This document shows, in pieces, positions 9,405-20,384 of a stretch of DNA of 64,000 bases. The stretch's first letter is position 1. Each line of letters begins with the position of its first letter. This stretch comes from Gammaproteobacteria bacterium. Its GTDB lineage: Bacteria; Pseudomonadota; Gammaproteobacteria; Legionellales; Legionellaceae. The notes beneath the pieces were generated by a model. That model ran no database searches, was not told the DNA's origin, and was given only the letters and a program-made list of their open reading frames with translations. The DNA is taken from NCBI GenBank assembly GCA_013289415.1, contig JABDAB010000002.1, positions 52,702 to 116,701 on the forward strand, given 5' to 3'. The position numbers were made by a program, and so were the translations under genes.

Positions 9405-9779
9405 ATGCGCCACATCACGCGTTGCCTAAACACCCAGTTAGCTGATATCTGTCAGCGCGCCATTAAACTCGAGGAATTGAACGCGAAAATTTATGGTTAT
9501 TTACCTGAAACATTGCGCGAACAATGCTATGTGGGCAGTTTCAATAACAGCTGTCTGGTATTGGTAACCAGCGACCCCGTTTGGGCCTCCCAATTACGCT
9601 ACGCTCTTCCAGAGTTGCGAGATAAACTACGCGGTGAAGCAGGGATTCATCAGCTGGCTTCGATCAAGATAACCGTGAGCACAGAAAAGTATATAACTAC
9701 CACACCCAAATCCCCTTCAGCTCCTGTACTGACTAATACAGCTCGTGAAAGCCTGAGGTTACTGCAACAACAAAAATAG
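9405..9779 (+). CDS. DUF721 (DciA-like) protein
   Basis: The pattern ...CYVGSFNNSCLVLVTSDPVWASQLRYALPELRDKL... resembles DUF721. The ATG at 9405 is preferred over the GTG at 9375. Confidence 0.6.
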   Translation: MRHITRCLNTQLADICQRAIKLEELNAKIYGYLPETLREQCYVGSFNNSCLVLVTSDPVWASQLRYALPELRDKLRGEAGIHQLASIKITVSTEKYITTTPKSPSAPVLTNTARESLRLLQQQK

Positions 9780-9795
9780 TAAGGTGTGGTTACAA

Positions 9796-10887
9796 TTAAA
9801 CATTAAAAAGAAAATGCATCACATCACCATCATTTACAATATATGTCTTGCCTTCCAGACGTAATTTCCCAGCTTCTTTTGCCTTTTGTTCACCACCACT
9901 GCTAATAAATGCATCATACGCAACCACTTCCGCACGAATAAATCCACGTTCGAAATCCGTATGAATAACCCCGGCTGCTTGTGGCGCTGTAGCACCGCGT
10001 TTTACAGTCCAGGCACGAACTTCTTTTACTCCTGCTGTAAAATAGGTTTGCAAGCCTAATAGCTCATATCCCGCGCGAATTACGCGATTTAAACCCGGCT
10101 CAGTCAGACCCAAATCGTCCATAAATTCTTGACGATCAGTATCATCCAATTCAACCAGCTCTGATTCCGTCGATGCGCACAAGGCAACAACACTGGCCTT
10201 TTCCTGCTGCGCCAAAGTAATGACCACGTCCAGCAAAGGATTGTTTTCGAGACCATCATCCGCAATATTGGCAACATACAACACCGGTTTAGCGGTCAAC
10301 AGGAATAGTCGTTGACAGACCAAGGCCTCTTCGGGAGACAAATCCAGTGTACGCACAGGATTACCCATATCAAGGTGCGCTTTCACTTTTTCAAGTGCCT
10401 GCCGTTCAAATATAGCGTCTTTGTTTCCGCTCTTACTGAGTTTACCCGCCTTATTGAGAGCTCTCTCGACAGTATCCATATCAGCGAGCGCCAATTCTGT
10501 ATTGATGATCTCAATATCACTCAGTGGATCTACGCGCCCTTCGACATGAATAATTCCTGAATGATCAAAACAACGCACCACATGCGCGATAGCATCTGTT
10601 TCGCGAATATTGGCGAGAAATTGATTACCCAGCCCTTCTCCGCTAGACGCACCTTTCACAAGACCCGCGATATCCACAAACTGCATGACTGCTGGCACGA
10701 CCCTTTCCGGGTTCACAATTTTACTTAAAGCGTCCAGACGCGGATCAGGTATGGTGACAACACCCACGTTCGGCTCTATGGTACAAAAAGGATAATTTGA
10801 CGCTTCAATACCCGCTTTCGTCAAGGCATTGAACAAGGTGGATTTGCCCACGTTTGGCAAGCCCACAATTCCACATTTAAATCCCAT
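9796..10887 (-). CDS. ychF: Ribosome-binding ATPase YchF
   Basis: 363 aa. [23 protein letters not shown] at the N-terminus and a TGS-like C-terminus. Conserved ychF-pth neighbourhood. Confidence 0.95.
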   Translation of the reverse strand: MGFKCGIVGLPNVGKSTLFNALTKAGIEASNYPFCTIEPNVGVVTIPDPRLDALSKIVNPERVVPAVMQFVDIAGLVKGASSGEGLGNQFLANIRETDAIAHVVRCFDHSGIIHVEGRVDPLSDIEIINTELALADMDTVERALNKAGKLSKSGNKDAIFERQALEKVKAHLDMGNPVRTLDLSPEEALVCQRLFLLTAKPVLYVANIADDGLENNPLLDVVITLAQQEKASVVALCASTESELVELDDTDRQEFMDDLGLTEPGLNRVIRAGYELLGLQTYFTAGVKEVRAWTVKRGATAPQAAGVIHTDFERGFIRAEVVAYDAFISSGGEQKAKEAGKLRLEGKTYIVNDGDVMHFLFNV

Positions 10888-10896
10888 TGCATACCC

Positions 10897-11466
10897 CTAA
10901 ATATTTATCAAATTCATCGCCGTAGCCATGTTACCCGTCAAGACTGTCGGAATAGCTGCCACACCACGGTCTATTGCACCAAAAATCAGTTCTCTATCTT
11001 GTTGAGATGGCTTTCCCAAGACATAATCCAGTACAAGATCCTTATGGCCAGGATGTCCGATGCCTACGCGCAAGCGATGAAAGTCTGCGCTACCTATTTG
11101 ATTGGTAATATCGCGCAAGCCATTATGGCCACCATGACCACCACCGGTTTTTAATTTAATACGACCAGTTGGCAAATCAAGTTCATCGTGTACTACAAGT
11201 AATTCATCCGGTTCAATACGGTAGAATTGGCATACCAATCGAACTGGAAAACCACTATGATTCATAAACGTCAAGGGCAAAAGTGCCTTGCACGCAATAT
11301 TTTGTATATCCAAATCGGCTAATTCAGACTGCATTTTTTTATCAGACTTAAAGCCAGTGTTATTCTGTTTCACCAATGTCTCAACAAACCACCCTCCCGC
11401 ATTATGTCGCGTATGTTGGTATGCGGCACCTGGATTGCGTAACCCGACAATTAGTTTGATAGACAT
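10897..11466 (-). CDS. pth: Peptidyl-tRNA hydrolase
   Basis: MSIKLIVGLRNPGAAYQHTRHNAGGWF... is near-colinear with E. coli Pth. The ORF track extends to 11562, but the internal Met at 11466 matches the family N-terminus. Confidence 0.9.
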   Translation of the reverse strand: MSIKLIVGLRNPGAAYQHTRHNAGGWFVETLVKQNNTGFKSDKKMQSELADLDIQNIACKALLPLTFMNHSGFPVRLVCQFYRIEPDELLVVHDELDLPTGRIKLKTGGGHGGHNGLRDITNQIGSADFHRLRVGIGHPGHKDLVLDYVLGKPSQQDRELIFGAIDRGVAAIPTVLTGNMATAMNLINI

Positions 11467-11484
11467 AAAAATAAATACTCTTAT

Positions 11485-11512
11485 TGTAGGTTGGACTTCG
11501 GCCCAACCTACA
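11485..11512. repeat. REP-like hairpin (family C: GTAGGTTGGG/GCCCAACCTAC)
   Basis: TGTAGGTTGGAC-TTCG-GCCCAACCTACA lies between the rplY stop and the pth start. Related copies occur at 16950-16990, 58661-58682 and 58758-58780. Confidence 0.6.
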
Positions 11513-11524
11513 TGGAGAAAAAAC

Positions 11525-12208
11525 TTATTCAGCCGCTTTATCCGCAGATTCTGCATCAGCACCTACATCTGCATCTGCATCTGCAATGACTTCTTCAGCA
11601 GCTTCTTCAGTAGCCAGCTCGCTGATATCAACTTTACTGAGATGAATACTAACAACCGGATGATCATGATCGCCAACTGTTGGATCAATAGCTAACTTAA
11701 CATTCTTCGGTAATTTCAGCTCAGACAGATGCAACACATCATTCATGTTCATGCTGGTCAGATCAACTTCGATAAATTCAGGCAAGTATTTAGCTTGGCA
11801 ACGAACTTCAACCTGTGACATCGTGTGACTAACCAACCCACCATCAATAACACCAGGGGCCAATTTTTCATTAATAAAATGCAACGGAATCATTTTAACT
11901 AACACATCTTTTGGAGAAACGCGTTGCAAATCCATGTGCATAATCACAGGTTTGTAAGGATGACGTTGTAAATCTTTAAGAATTACGTGTTCAACTTTGC
12001 CATTAACACTTAAATTAAAAATACTGGAATAAATACTTTCTGACTCCAGAGCTTTAACTACTTTGTTATGTAACAAATGAATGGCTTGTGGTTCTTTTCC
12101 ACCACCATATAATACAGCAGGTACTTTATTTTCAAGACGACGCAGGCGGCGGCTCGCACCTTTCCCTTTGTCTGCTCTTGCTTCAGCTTCTAACATAATT
12201 GATGACAT
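11525..12208 (-). CDS. rplY: 50S ribosomal protein L25 / general stress protein Ctc (long form)
   Basis: 227 aa. The N-terminus ...KGKGASRRLRR...VPAVLYGG is characteristic of L25/Ctc. It has an acidic Ala/Asp/Glu tail. Confidence 0.9.
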   Translation of the reverse strand: MSSIMLEAEARADKGKGASRRLRRLENKVPAVLYGGGKEPQAIHLLHNKVVKALESESIYSSIFNLSVNGKVEHVILKDLQRHPYKPVIMHMDLQRVSPKDVLVKMIPLHFINEKLAPGVIDGGLVSHTMSQVEVRCQAKYLPEFIEVDLTSMNMNDVLHLSELKLPKNVKLAIDPTVGDHDHPVVSIHLSKVDISELATEEAAEEVIADADADVGADAESADKAAE

Positions 12209-12337
12209 TTATTGTCTCCGAATAAAATAAATCCATTAGCCCCGCGACCGGGCTAAACATATAAAACACTAATCGTATAATATATACACAAAAAGACCGT
12301 GTTAAGGTGGCATAGTATACAATAATTTAAATTCAAC

Positions 12338-12366
12338 TTGAAGTCGCAAGAGAACTTTAATAGAAT
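12338..12366 (+). promoter_or_regulatory. Sigma70-type promoter candidate for rplU-rpmA
   Basis: TTGAAG (12338-12343), a 17-nt spacer, then TAGAAT (12361-12366), about 55 nt upstream of the rplU start. Confidence 0.45.
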
Positions 12367-12422
12367 ATGTCACTTTGTTGAACCAGTTAGGCGAGTCACT
12401 CAGGCGCGTTGGAGAATAGTTT

Positions 12423-12734
12423 ATGTATGCAGTAATTAAAACAGGCGGCAAACAATACCGCGTTCAGGAAGGCGATATCATTAAATTCGAGGAACTCACT
12501 GCAGAAGTTGGCAGCAGTTTTCAATTTTCTGAAGTGCTCATGTTAGCTGATGGTGATAACATCACTTGCGGCAAACCATTCATTGCAAATGCTGTCGTTC
12601 ACGCTGAAATCCTCGAGCATGGCCGCCACAAGAAAATTAAAATCATTAAATTCCGTCGTCGTAAGCACCATATGAAACAAATGGGACATCGACAAAATTA
12701 CACACAGGTAAAAATTACCGCGATCAGCAAGTAA
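12423..12734 (+). CDS. rplU: 50S ribosomal protein L21
   Basis: MYAVIKTGGKQYRVQEGD... is the canonical L21 N-terminus. Confidence 0.95.
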   Translation: MYAVIKTGGKQYRVQEGDIIKFEELTAEVGSSFQFSEVLMLADGDNITCGKPFIANAVVHAEILEHGRHKKIKIIKFRRRKHHMKQMGHRQNYTQVKITAISK

Positions 12735-12747
12735 GAGGGTATAACTA

Positions 12748-13026
12748 ATGGCTCATAAGAAAGCAGGTGGTAGTACGCGCAACGGCCGCGATTCGAAACC
12801 AAAGTATCTTGGTGTGAAACGTTCAGGTGGCCAATTCGTAAATGCAGGTGAAATTCTGGTTCGTCAACGCGGTACGCGTTTGCACGCAGGTGATGGCGTA
12901 GGCCTTGGCCGCGATCATACATTATTCGCAAAATTGACGGGCTTGGTTAAGTTTGTAGTTAAGGGCCCTAAAAATCGTAAATATGTTACGATTGACCCTG
13001 TTGAAATTGAATCTCAGGAAGGATAA
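12748..13026 (+). CDS. rpmA: 50S ribosomal protein L27
   Basis: [16 protein letters not shown]...LGVK... is canonical L27. Confidence 0.95.
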   Translation: MAHKKAGGSTRNGRDSKPKYLGVKRSGGQFVNAGEILVRQRGTRLHAGDGVGLGRDHTLFAKLTGLVKFVVKGPKNRKYVTIDPVEIESQEG

Positions 13027-13059
13027 GGAACTACACGTTCCTAATTGCCGTCCCAATAT

Positions 13060-13084
13060 GCCCCGTTATCGGGGCTTTTTTTTA
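13060..13084 (+). terminator. Rho-independent terminator/attenuator between rpmA and obg
   Basis: GCCCCG-TTAT-CGGGGC followed by T9. Confidence 0.6.
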
Positions 13085-13085
13085 A

Positions 13086-14132
<1,047 letters not shown>

Positions 14133-14162
14133 ACTTTCAATTGCTCGCAAAGACGGATGATC

Positions 14163-14193
14163 AAAAAAAACCCGCACTTGTGCGGGTTTTTTT
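14163..14193. terminator. Bidirectional rho-independent terminator
   Basis: A8-CCCGCAC-TTGT-GCGGG-T7 between the convergent obg and lipoprotein genes. Confidence 0.7.
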
Positions 14194-14205
14194 ATAACTT
14201 AAAAA

Positions 14206-14421
14206 TTATTGAGCAGGGGCAGCAGGAGCAGCTTCAGCAGCAGGTGCAGCTTCAGCGGCAGGGGCAGCTTCAGCGGCAGGAGCGGCTTCAGCAGCAGGTG
14301 CAGCAGCAGGTGCTACTACGATAACTTCAGTTTTTTCTGGTTTCTTTTCAGCTTTTTCACCACAAGCAACAAGCAATAAACCTGTCATTGCAGCAACGAC
14401 TAACATGACTAAATTTTTCAT
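14206..14421 (-). CDS. Small lipoprotein with a (P)AAEAA repeat tail
   Basis: MKNLVMLVVAAMTGLLLVAC has a signal peptide and a lipobox. GGAGAA lies upstream of the ATG at 14421. The C-terminus is four PAAEAA units. Confidence 0.6.
   Translation of the reverse strand: MKNLVMLVVAAMTGLLLVACGEKAEKKPEKTEVIVVAPAAAPAAEAAPAAEAAPAAEAAPAAEAAPAAPAQ
14228..14299. repeat. 4 x 18-bp in-frame tandem repeat (encodes AAPAAE units)
   Basis: GCAGCTTCAGC(A/G)GCAGG(T/G/A) repeated four times head-to-tail. Confidence 0.85.
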
Positions 14422-14565
14422 ACTCTTCTCCATAATTATTTTTATTAAAATCACCCCAACAAACTTCTCAAAAATTTACACGAATTGAAGAGGATAATCA
14501 AGTATATATCAAACCAGCTTAATTTGTTAGAATCCCGACAAATTCACTGACCTCTTAGAATCGCC

Positions 14566-16953
14566 ATGTCAATAAACCACACTCCCATGATGCAACAATA
14601 TCTCCGCATTAAAGCCGAGCATCCCGATATGCTCTTGCTCTATCGTATGGGCGACTTCTATGAATTATTTTTTGATGATGCAAAGCGCGCGGCTCAACTA
14701 CTGGACTTAACGCTGACTCATCGAGGACAATCGGCAGGAACGCCTATTCCTATGGCAGGAGTCCCTTATCATGCAGTGGAAAATTATTTGGTACGGTTGC
14801 TTAAAAAGGGCGAATCCGTTGCCATTTGTGAGCAAATTGGGGATCCAGCCACGAGCAAAGGGCCCGTTGACCGAGAAGTCACGCGCATTATTACCCCCGG
14901 CACATTGACCGATGATGCATTGCTTGACGCCAAACGCGACAACCTGCTGTTAGCCATATACCAAAAACGTCAGCAATTTGGTTTGGCCTGGGTTGATTTA
15001 AGTGGCGGACGGTTTCATTTGTTAGAGGTTGCAGACAAGGATCAACTTCTCGCCGAGATCACACGTTTGCAACCTGCAGAAATTCTGCTTCAGGAATCAT
15101 TTGAGCAACTCAACCTTCGTGAACTGTCCACCATTAAAATCCGCCCCGAATGGGATTTTGATCACAAACGCGCGCGTCTTTTACTGTGTGAGCAATTTAA
15201 AGTAAGTAACCTGACTGCGTTTGGAGAACAAGATTACCCCATCGCCTTTCCCGCTGCTGGCTGTTTATTGGCATATTTGCAAATTACTCAACGCCAGGCC
15301 TTGCCACATTTGACCTTCATAACTCTTGAACAATCACATGATTATTTACAGCTGGACGCCGCTACCCAACGCCATTTGGAATTATTTACCAACAATCAGG
15401 GTGGGCGTGATAACAGCTTGCTTGCAAGCATTGATCACACGGCCTGTGCAATGGGAAGTCGTTTATTAAAGCGCTGGTTAGGCCGACCATTGCGCCAGCG
15501 TACTAGCTTGCAACTTCGCCAACAAGCCATCACCGAATTATTAAAAAACAAACAAAGTGCTACCTTGCATCCACTGCTACGACAAGTGTGTGATGTTGAA
15601 CGAATTGTCTCGCGAATTGCATTAAAATCCGCACGTCCTCGAGATTTGTTGCAATTACGCCAAACCCTCAGTTTGCTCCCTGAACTGCACGCTGCAATCA
15701 CAAATAACCATGCCAGCTTGATGACGACCCTGCACCACCAATTAACGCCCCTTCCATCTTTACACGACCTGCTTAACAACGCCTTGGTAGACAACCCACC
15801 CATGCTGATTCGAGATGGTGGCGTGATTGCCAAAGGCTTTGATGACGAACTCGATGAACTACGAGAGTTAAGTGAAAATGCCACAGATAAATTAATGGCA
15901 CTCGAGCAAGCGGAAAAACAACGCTCTGGCCTGTCAACGCTAAAATTTGGATACAACCGTGTGCAAGGCTATTTTATTGAATTATCCCGTGCCCAATCAG
16001 ACAAAGTGCCCCTTAACTATCAACGCAAACAAACGTTAAAAAATGTTGAGCGCTATATCACCCCTGAATTAAAAACCTTTGAAGACACCGTGCTATCTGC
16101 ACAAAGCAAAGCACTCGCGCGCGAAAAATGGCTATATGACTGCCTGCTGAACGAACTCCAAAAATCCATTACTGAACTAACGCAAATCGCGCAAGCCACA
16201 GCTCAAATCGATGTATTAAGCAACCTTGCCGAACGTGCTAGTTCTCTACACTGGCATTGCCCCGAGCTGGTTGAAGAGGCTGGTATTACGATACAAGCCG
16301 GAAGACATCCGGTCATTGAGCAAATTTTGCAAGAAAAATTCATTGCCAATGATCTCAGTTTGCAACCAGGACAGCACGTCCTGTTAATTACCGGCCCAAA
16401 CATGGGGGGTAAATCAACCTACATGCGTCAAAATGCCTTGATTGTATTGCTCGCCCACATAGGCAGTTTTGTCCCCGCACAGCATGTAAGGTTAGGGCCC
16501 ATTGATAAAATTTTCACCCGTATTGGCGCTAGTGATGATCTCGCCTCAGGACGTTCCACGTTTATGGTTGAAATGACCGAAACGGCTCACATTTTACGTC
16601 AAGCCACTGCTGAAAGTCTCGTGTTAATCGACGAAATTGGTCGCGGCACCAGCACCCACGACGGCATGGCACTAGCCTATGCCTGCTGCGCATACCTTGC
16701 CAACACCATAAAAGCTAACACGTTGTTTTCCACACATTATTTTGAACTAACCACCCTGCCCCAAGAATTTCCCTGCATACGCAACGTTCACCTTGCCGCC
16801 AAACTGGCAAATGGCAGCATCGCGTTTCTCTATCACGTTGAACCAGGTCCTGCCAGCCGTAGTTATGGACTTGAAGTGGCGGCTCTTGCCGGCATTCCAG
16901 CTGAAGTATTAACCATGGCTAATCAACAATTGGCTCGTGTGGAACAAGTGTAG
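14566..16953 (+). CDS. mutS: DNA mismatch repair protein MutS (ends right after the ATPase/HTH domain)
   Basis: [32 protein letters not shown]..., Walker [26 protein letters not shown]. The 795-aa ORF stops in a REP element. Confidence 0.95.
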   Translation: MSINHTPMMQQYLRIKAEHPDMLLLYRMGDFYELFFDDAKRAAQLLDLTLTHRGQSAGTPIPMAGVPYHAVENYLVRLLKKGESVAICEQIGDPATSKGPVDREVTRIITPGTLTDDALLDAKRDNLLLAIYQKRQQFGLAWVDLSGGRFHLLEVADKDQLLAEITRLQPAEILLQESFEQLNLRELSTIKIRPEWDFDHKRARLLLCEQFKVSNLTAFGEQDYPIAFPAAGCLLAYLQITQRQALPHLTFITLEQSHDYLQLDAATQRHLELFTNNQGGRDNSLLASIDHTACAMGSRLLKRWLGRPLRQRTSLQLRQQAITELLKNKQSATLHPLLRQVCDVERIVSRIALKSARPRDLLQLRQTLSLLPELHAAITNNHASLMTTLHHQLTPLPSLHDLLNNALVDNPPMLIRDGGVIAKGFDDELDELRELSENATDKLMALEQAEKQRSGLSTLKFGYNRVQGYFIELSRAQSDKVPLNYQRKQTLKNVERYITPELKTFEDTVLSAQSKALAREKWLYDCLLNELQKSITELTQIAQATAQIDVLSNLAERASSLHWHCPELVEEAGITIQAGRHPVIEQILQEKFIANDLSLQPGQHVLLITGPNMGGKSTYMRQNALIVLLAHIGSFVPAQHVRLGPIDKIFTRIGASDDLASGRSTFMVEMTETAHILRQATAESLVLIDEIGRGTSTHDGMALAYACCAYLANTIKANTLFSTHYFELTTLPQEFPCIRNVHLAAKLANGSIAFLYHVEPGPASRSYGLEVAALAGIPAEVLTMANQQLARVEQV

Positions 16954-16990
16954 GTTGTGTTGGGCCGAGGCCCAACCTACAACACCTACC
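16950..16990. repeat. REP-like palindrome (family C) between the convergent mutS and ggt
   Basis: GTAGGTTGTGTTGGGCC-GA-GGCCCAACCTACAACACCTAC. The TAG at 16951-16953 inside it is the mutS stop codon. Confidence 0.6.
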
Positions 16991-18722
16991 CTCCAATCGC
17001 TTCACCTTCACGCCTGGGATCTGCAGCGCCATACCAGCCGCCCTGTTTAGCCCGTTTAATATTAACAACACCACTTAATAATTCAGACTGGTTAATTGTT
17101 GTCTGGCCTTTCTGATTTAACGCCTTAAGATAACCGACCAAATCACTGCCTGCTTCAATAACAGGCGTATCATTCGCCGCACACAGATTTCCTGATGCGG
17201 AGGCTTGAGCTGGATTTTTATTAAAGTCCAACATTTGAATTAAATTTTTGGCTACATAACAAATAATTTGACTACCGCCAGGGCTTCCCGAAATCACAAT
17301 TAATTCACCCTTCTTGTTAAAAACCATTACGGATGCAATGGCAGAGCGTGGACGCTTGAGTGACTCCACACGATTGGCTACTGGTTTTCCATGTCGGTCT
17401 GTTGCTGAAAATGAAAAATCAGTTAATTCATTATTTAAAAAGAATCCATCAACAAACAGATGGCTGCCAAATTGATGCTCAATCGTCAATGTCATTGAAA
17501 CGGCATTGCCTTGACTATCCACTATGGCAAGAGACGTCGTTCCGTGTCCTTTAGGGCTCATATCGGGTGCATATTTGGGATTAATACCCTTTGGATTACC
17601 CGCTAAAACAGGCGTGAGCAGCGGCTTGCCTGTGACCAGCTTGCTTCGCTGTAAAAGATATTTGTTTGCCAACAAACCATCCAAGGGTTGCTGAACAAAG
17701 GCAGGATCGGCGATGTATTGATTACGATCAGCGTAAGCCAATTTGGCCGCTTCCAAAAAATGATACATCCAGCTTCCACCAGAATACGTTTTGCCAGAAT
17801 AGTTGTTAGCGTAAATTTTCATCAGCTCAAGTACCGTGACACCCCCACTAGCAAAGGCGGTCGAACAAATTGTATCAGATCGGTAATTGCTGCATAAGGC
17901 ATGTCCCTCGAGAGGCGAATAATTACGCAAATCCATCATCGAGTAAATGTCATGCCCAGCCGCTTGGTTGATTGTTGCTACAATATCACGACCAATTTTC
18001 CCGGTATAAAAGTCCCGAGGTTTTTTTGCAACAATGGTCAAACTGTTAGCATAGTCTGGATTTGTGATCATCGTATTGATGGGTTTTACATCCCCTGCCG
18101 ATGTAAAATAAATGACCTTAACATACGGATTTTTTATCAAAATATTCCGATCCATGACCAACAAATCATGCAAGCGAGGACTCATCGGGAACCCCTTAAT
18201 CGCCAGATCAATTGCCGGCTGTACAACGTTACTCCACTTCAATGCTCCCTGTTGGCGTTGCATTTTATATAACATGGCCACCTCGCCTGGAACACCAACC
18301 GATTTGAAATTCAACATGGCATCTTTAAACGGCATGGGTTGACCCTTCGCATTCACAAATAAGTCTGCTGTTGCCGTTACAGGCGCGATTTCTCGTCCGT
18401 CATAGGCTCTCAGCTGTTTTTTGGATTGGTCATACGTTAATGCAAAACCTCCTCCACCCAAACCTGATGAACTGGGTTCAGTCAGTCCTAAAACAAAGGC
18501 CGCAGCAACTGCTGCATCAACCGCATTGCCACCCTGTTTTAAAATTTGACTGGCAGCCTGAGATGCCCAATGATTATTGGTCACGACCATATCATGCCGA
18601 CCATAAATTAGCGGTTTATGGTGTACTCCGGTTGCGGCTTCGGGTGAAATTGATGCGTTTTCAGCGAAAGCGGGTGTGCATACAACAAGCAACAACGCCG
18701 CTATAATTTTTTTTGTTAACAC
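16986..18722 (-). CDS. ggt: Gamma-glutamyltransferase
   Basis: 578 aa with a signal peptide, GGGGF motif and the autoprocessing site ...GHGTTSLAIVD.... GTG start with AAGGA upstream. Confidence 0.9.
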   Translation of the reverse strand: MLTKKIIAALLLVVCTPAFAENASISPEAATGVHHKPLIYGRHDMVVTNNHWASQAASQILKQGGNAVDAAVAAAFVLGLTEPSSSGLGGGGFALTYDQSKKQLRAYDGREIAPVTATADLFVNAKGQPMPFKDAMLNFKSVGVPGEVAMLYKMQRQQGALKWSNVVQPAIDLAIKGFPMSPRLHDLLVMDRNILIKNPYVKVIYFTSAGDVKPINTMITNPDYANSLTIVAKKPRDFYTGKIGRDIVATINQAAGHDIYSMMDLRNYSPLEGHALCSNYRSDTICSTAFASGGVTVLELMKIYANNYSGKTYSGGSWMYHFLEAAKLAYADRNQYIADPAFVQQPLDGLLANKYLLQRSKLVTGKPLLTPVLAGNPKGINPKYAPDMSPKGHGTTSLAIVDSQGNAVSMTLTIEHQFGSHLFVDGFFLNNELTDFSFSATDRHGKPVANRVESLKRPRSAIASVMVFNKKGELIVISGSPGGSQIICYVAKNLIQMLDFNKNPAQASASGNLCAANDTPVIEAGSDLVGYLKALNQKGQTTINQSELLSGVVNIKRAKQGGWYGAADPRREGEAIGG

Positions 18723-18776
18723 AACATTCCTTGTTCTGACGTTCAGAGATCCTGTATTCCGTCTGTGCGAACCGGC

Positions 18777-18960
18777 TGTAGGGGCGATCGGCTACCTTAT
18801 CATTACCCACATCTTTTGAAAAGCACTGAACTGCCCCCTCTCCCTAGCCCTCTCCCGCGTTCACCAGCTCTTTTTTACAAGCTTTTCTGTCGCGGGAGAG
18901 GGGACTGTTCAGTGCTTTTCAAAAGATGTGGGTAATGATGCGGCGCCGCTCGCCCCTACA
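18777..18960. repeat. 184-bp long-palindrome (MITE-like) element
   Basis: The arms are about 68 nt each (TGTAGGGGCGA...CATTACCCACATCTTTTGAAAAGCACTGAAC...CCCCTCTCCC and its reverse complement), including a 31-nt perfect stretch. The centre carries an additional CTCTCCCGCG/CGCGGGAGAG pairing. Confidence 0.75.
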
Positions 18961-19016
18961 ACATGTCCGCCCTGCGTGATACTATACTTATAATTAAAAT
19001 ACGAGCATATCATATA

Positions 19017-19991
19017 ATGAATAACATCCCACTCCGTTTAAAACGTTTACGACGCACCCCCACAGTGCGTGCCATGTTGCAAGAAACACGCCTCTCGGTT
19101 GATCAATTTATCGCACCATTATTCATCAGTGAAACGTTGAAAGAAAAGCGGGAAATTAACTCAATGCCGGGTCAATTTCAATTGACGCTGGATTGCCTTC
19201 CGGCGGAAATTAAATCCCTCACCGATCTGGGTATTCCAGCAGTATTGTTATTTGGAATTCCCGCTAATAAAGACGCTGAAGGCACATCATCTTTGGCTGC
19301 CACTGGCATTATTCAACAGGCCATTCGCAAAATCCGCAGTATTAATTCGGACATTGTCATCATTGCCGACGTATGTTTGTGTGAATACACCGACCACGGG
19401 CATTGTGGTGTATTGCACGGCGAAACCATCGACAATGACGCAACGTTGCAACGCCTGAGCGAACAAGCTGTCAGCTATGCAGATGCCGGCGCTGATTGGG
19501 TAGCACCCAGCAGCATGACCGATGGCATGGTCGCAGCAATCCGTCATGCCTTGGATAAGGCGGATCATCAAGATGTTGCCATTTTAAGTTATGCAGTAAA
19601 ATATAGTTCCAGCTTTTACGGCCCATTTCGCGAAGCAGCACTCGGCGCACCGCAATTTGGCGACCGAAAAACCTATCAAATGGATCCTGCAAACGCATCC
19701 GAGGCTATCAGGGAAGCCGCATTAGATGTGGCAGAAGGAACTGACATGCTAATGGTTAAACCGGCCATGAGTTACCTTGATATCATCTATCGCGTCAAAC
19801 AACGCTTCCCTGAAATACCTCTATGCGCTTATCAGGTCAGTGGAGAGTACTCCATGCTCAAATTCGCCGCCGCTCAAGGCTTGATTAATGAAGAACAGGC
19901 TATGCTGGAAAGTCTGATAGCCATTAAACGTGCTGGAGCAGATTTGATTATTTCTTATTTTGCGAAGGATGTGGCGACTTTTCTGATGTAA
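19017..19991 (+). CDS. hemB: Porphobilinogen synthase (delta-aminolevulinic acid dehydratase), Zn-type
   Basis: LRRLRRTP..R....E, the Cys-rich metal site DVCLCEYTDHGHCG, and active-site Lys contexts (MVKPA). The Met at 19017 is preferred because the longer ORF start abuts the palindromic element. Confidence 0.9.
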   Translation: MNNIPLRLKRLRRTPTVRAMLQETRLSVDQFIAPLFISETLKEKREINSMPGQFQLTLDCLPAEIKSLTDLGIPAVLLFGIPANKDAEGTSSLAATGIIQQAIRKIRSINSDIVIIADVCLCEYTDHGHCGVLHGETIDNDATLQRLSEQAVSYADAGADWVAPSSMTDGMVAAIRHALDKADHQDVAILSYAVKYSSSFYGPFREAALGAPQFGDRKTYQMDPANASEAIREAALDVAEGTDMLMVKPAMSYLDIIYRVKQRFPEIPLCAYQVSGEYSMLKFAAAQGLINEEQAMLESLIAIKRAGADLIISYFAKDVATFLM

Positions 19992-20043
19992 GAAATTTGC
20001 TATACTGAATGTGTATGTAGTAACAACCTCAGGCGAGGTACTT

Positions 20044-20301
20044 ATGAGTATCACAACGATTACAAGCAGGGAGTTCAATCAGAACGTGAGCAAAGCAAAG
20101 CGCGCGGCAATAAATGGGCCAGTGTTTATCACTGATCGAGGGCATTTTGCCCACGTATTATTAACCATTGAAACGTATCAAAAAATCACTGACAAAAATC
20201 AAAGTATTGTTGATTTACTGGCAATGCCTGACAGCGCAGACATTGACTTTGAACCCAATCGTTTAATTAAAAAGTTATATCGACCAGCGGATTTATCCTA
20301 G
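20044..20301 (+). CDS. Type II antitoxin, Phd/YefM family (no cognate toxin present)
   Basis: MSITTITSREFNQNVSKAKRAAINGPVFITDRGHFAHVLLTIETYQKI... is the typical Phd/YefM N-terminal fold sequence with an acidic/hydrophobic toxin-binding tail. Confidence 0.7.
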   Translation: MSITTITSREFNQNVSKAKRAAINGPVFITDRGHFAHVLLTIETYQKITDKNQSIVDLLAMPDSADIDFEPNRLIKKLYRPADLS

Positions 20302-20384
20302 GGGCTGTTGACATTTGCCCTGTCGAAGCCCGACGTCCCGCGGACAAGCCGCGGGACGTCGAGATCTGAAATGTCAACAGACCC
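20301..20384. repeat. 84-bp nested palindromic element (family D)
   Basis: Outer inverted repeat GGGGCTGTTGACATTT / AAATGTCAACAGACCC. Inner perfect 13-bp stem CGACGTCCCGCGG-ACAAG-CCGCGGGACGTCG. A 15-nt half-site, GGGGCTGTTGACATT, recurs at 51465-51479. Confidence 0.6.

Noticed and set aside
11288-11695. 135-aa plus-strand ORF spanning the pth/rplY junction
   Set aside because: It is antisense to both conserved genes and crosses the REP hairpin. No supporting signals.
14228-14299. Possible CRISPR-like periodic repeats (also considered for the 117-nt tRNA-Glu period at 28227-28419)
   Set aside because: The 18-bp units are contiguous with no spacers and lie in frame within a lipoprotein ORF. 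The other periodic signal is a tRNA duplication. There are no cas genes in the window.
15435-15956. 173-aa Ser/Cys-rich ORF antisense to mutS; similar antisense ORFs occur inside radA (24663-25766), ggt (17360-18706), gltX (48902-49380) and the 967-aa gene (38717-40710)
   Set aside because: All are fully embedded antisense in strongly supported CDSs, have odd composition and show no start-site signals. They are typical shadow ORFs.
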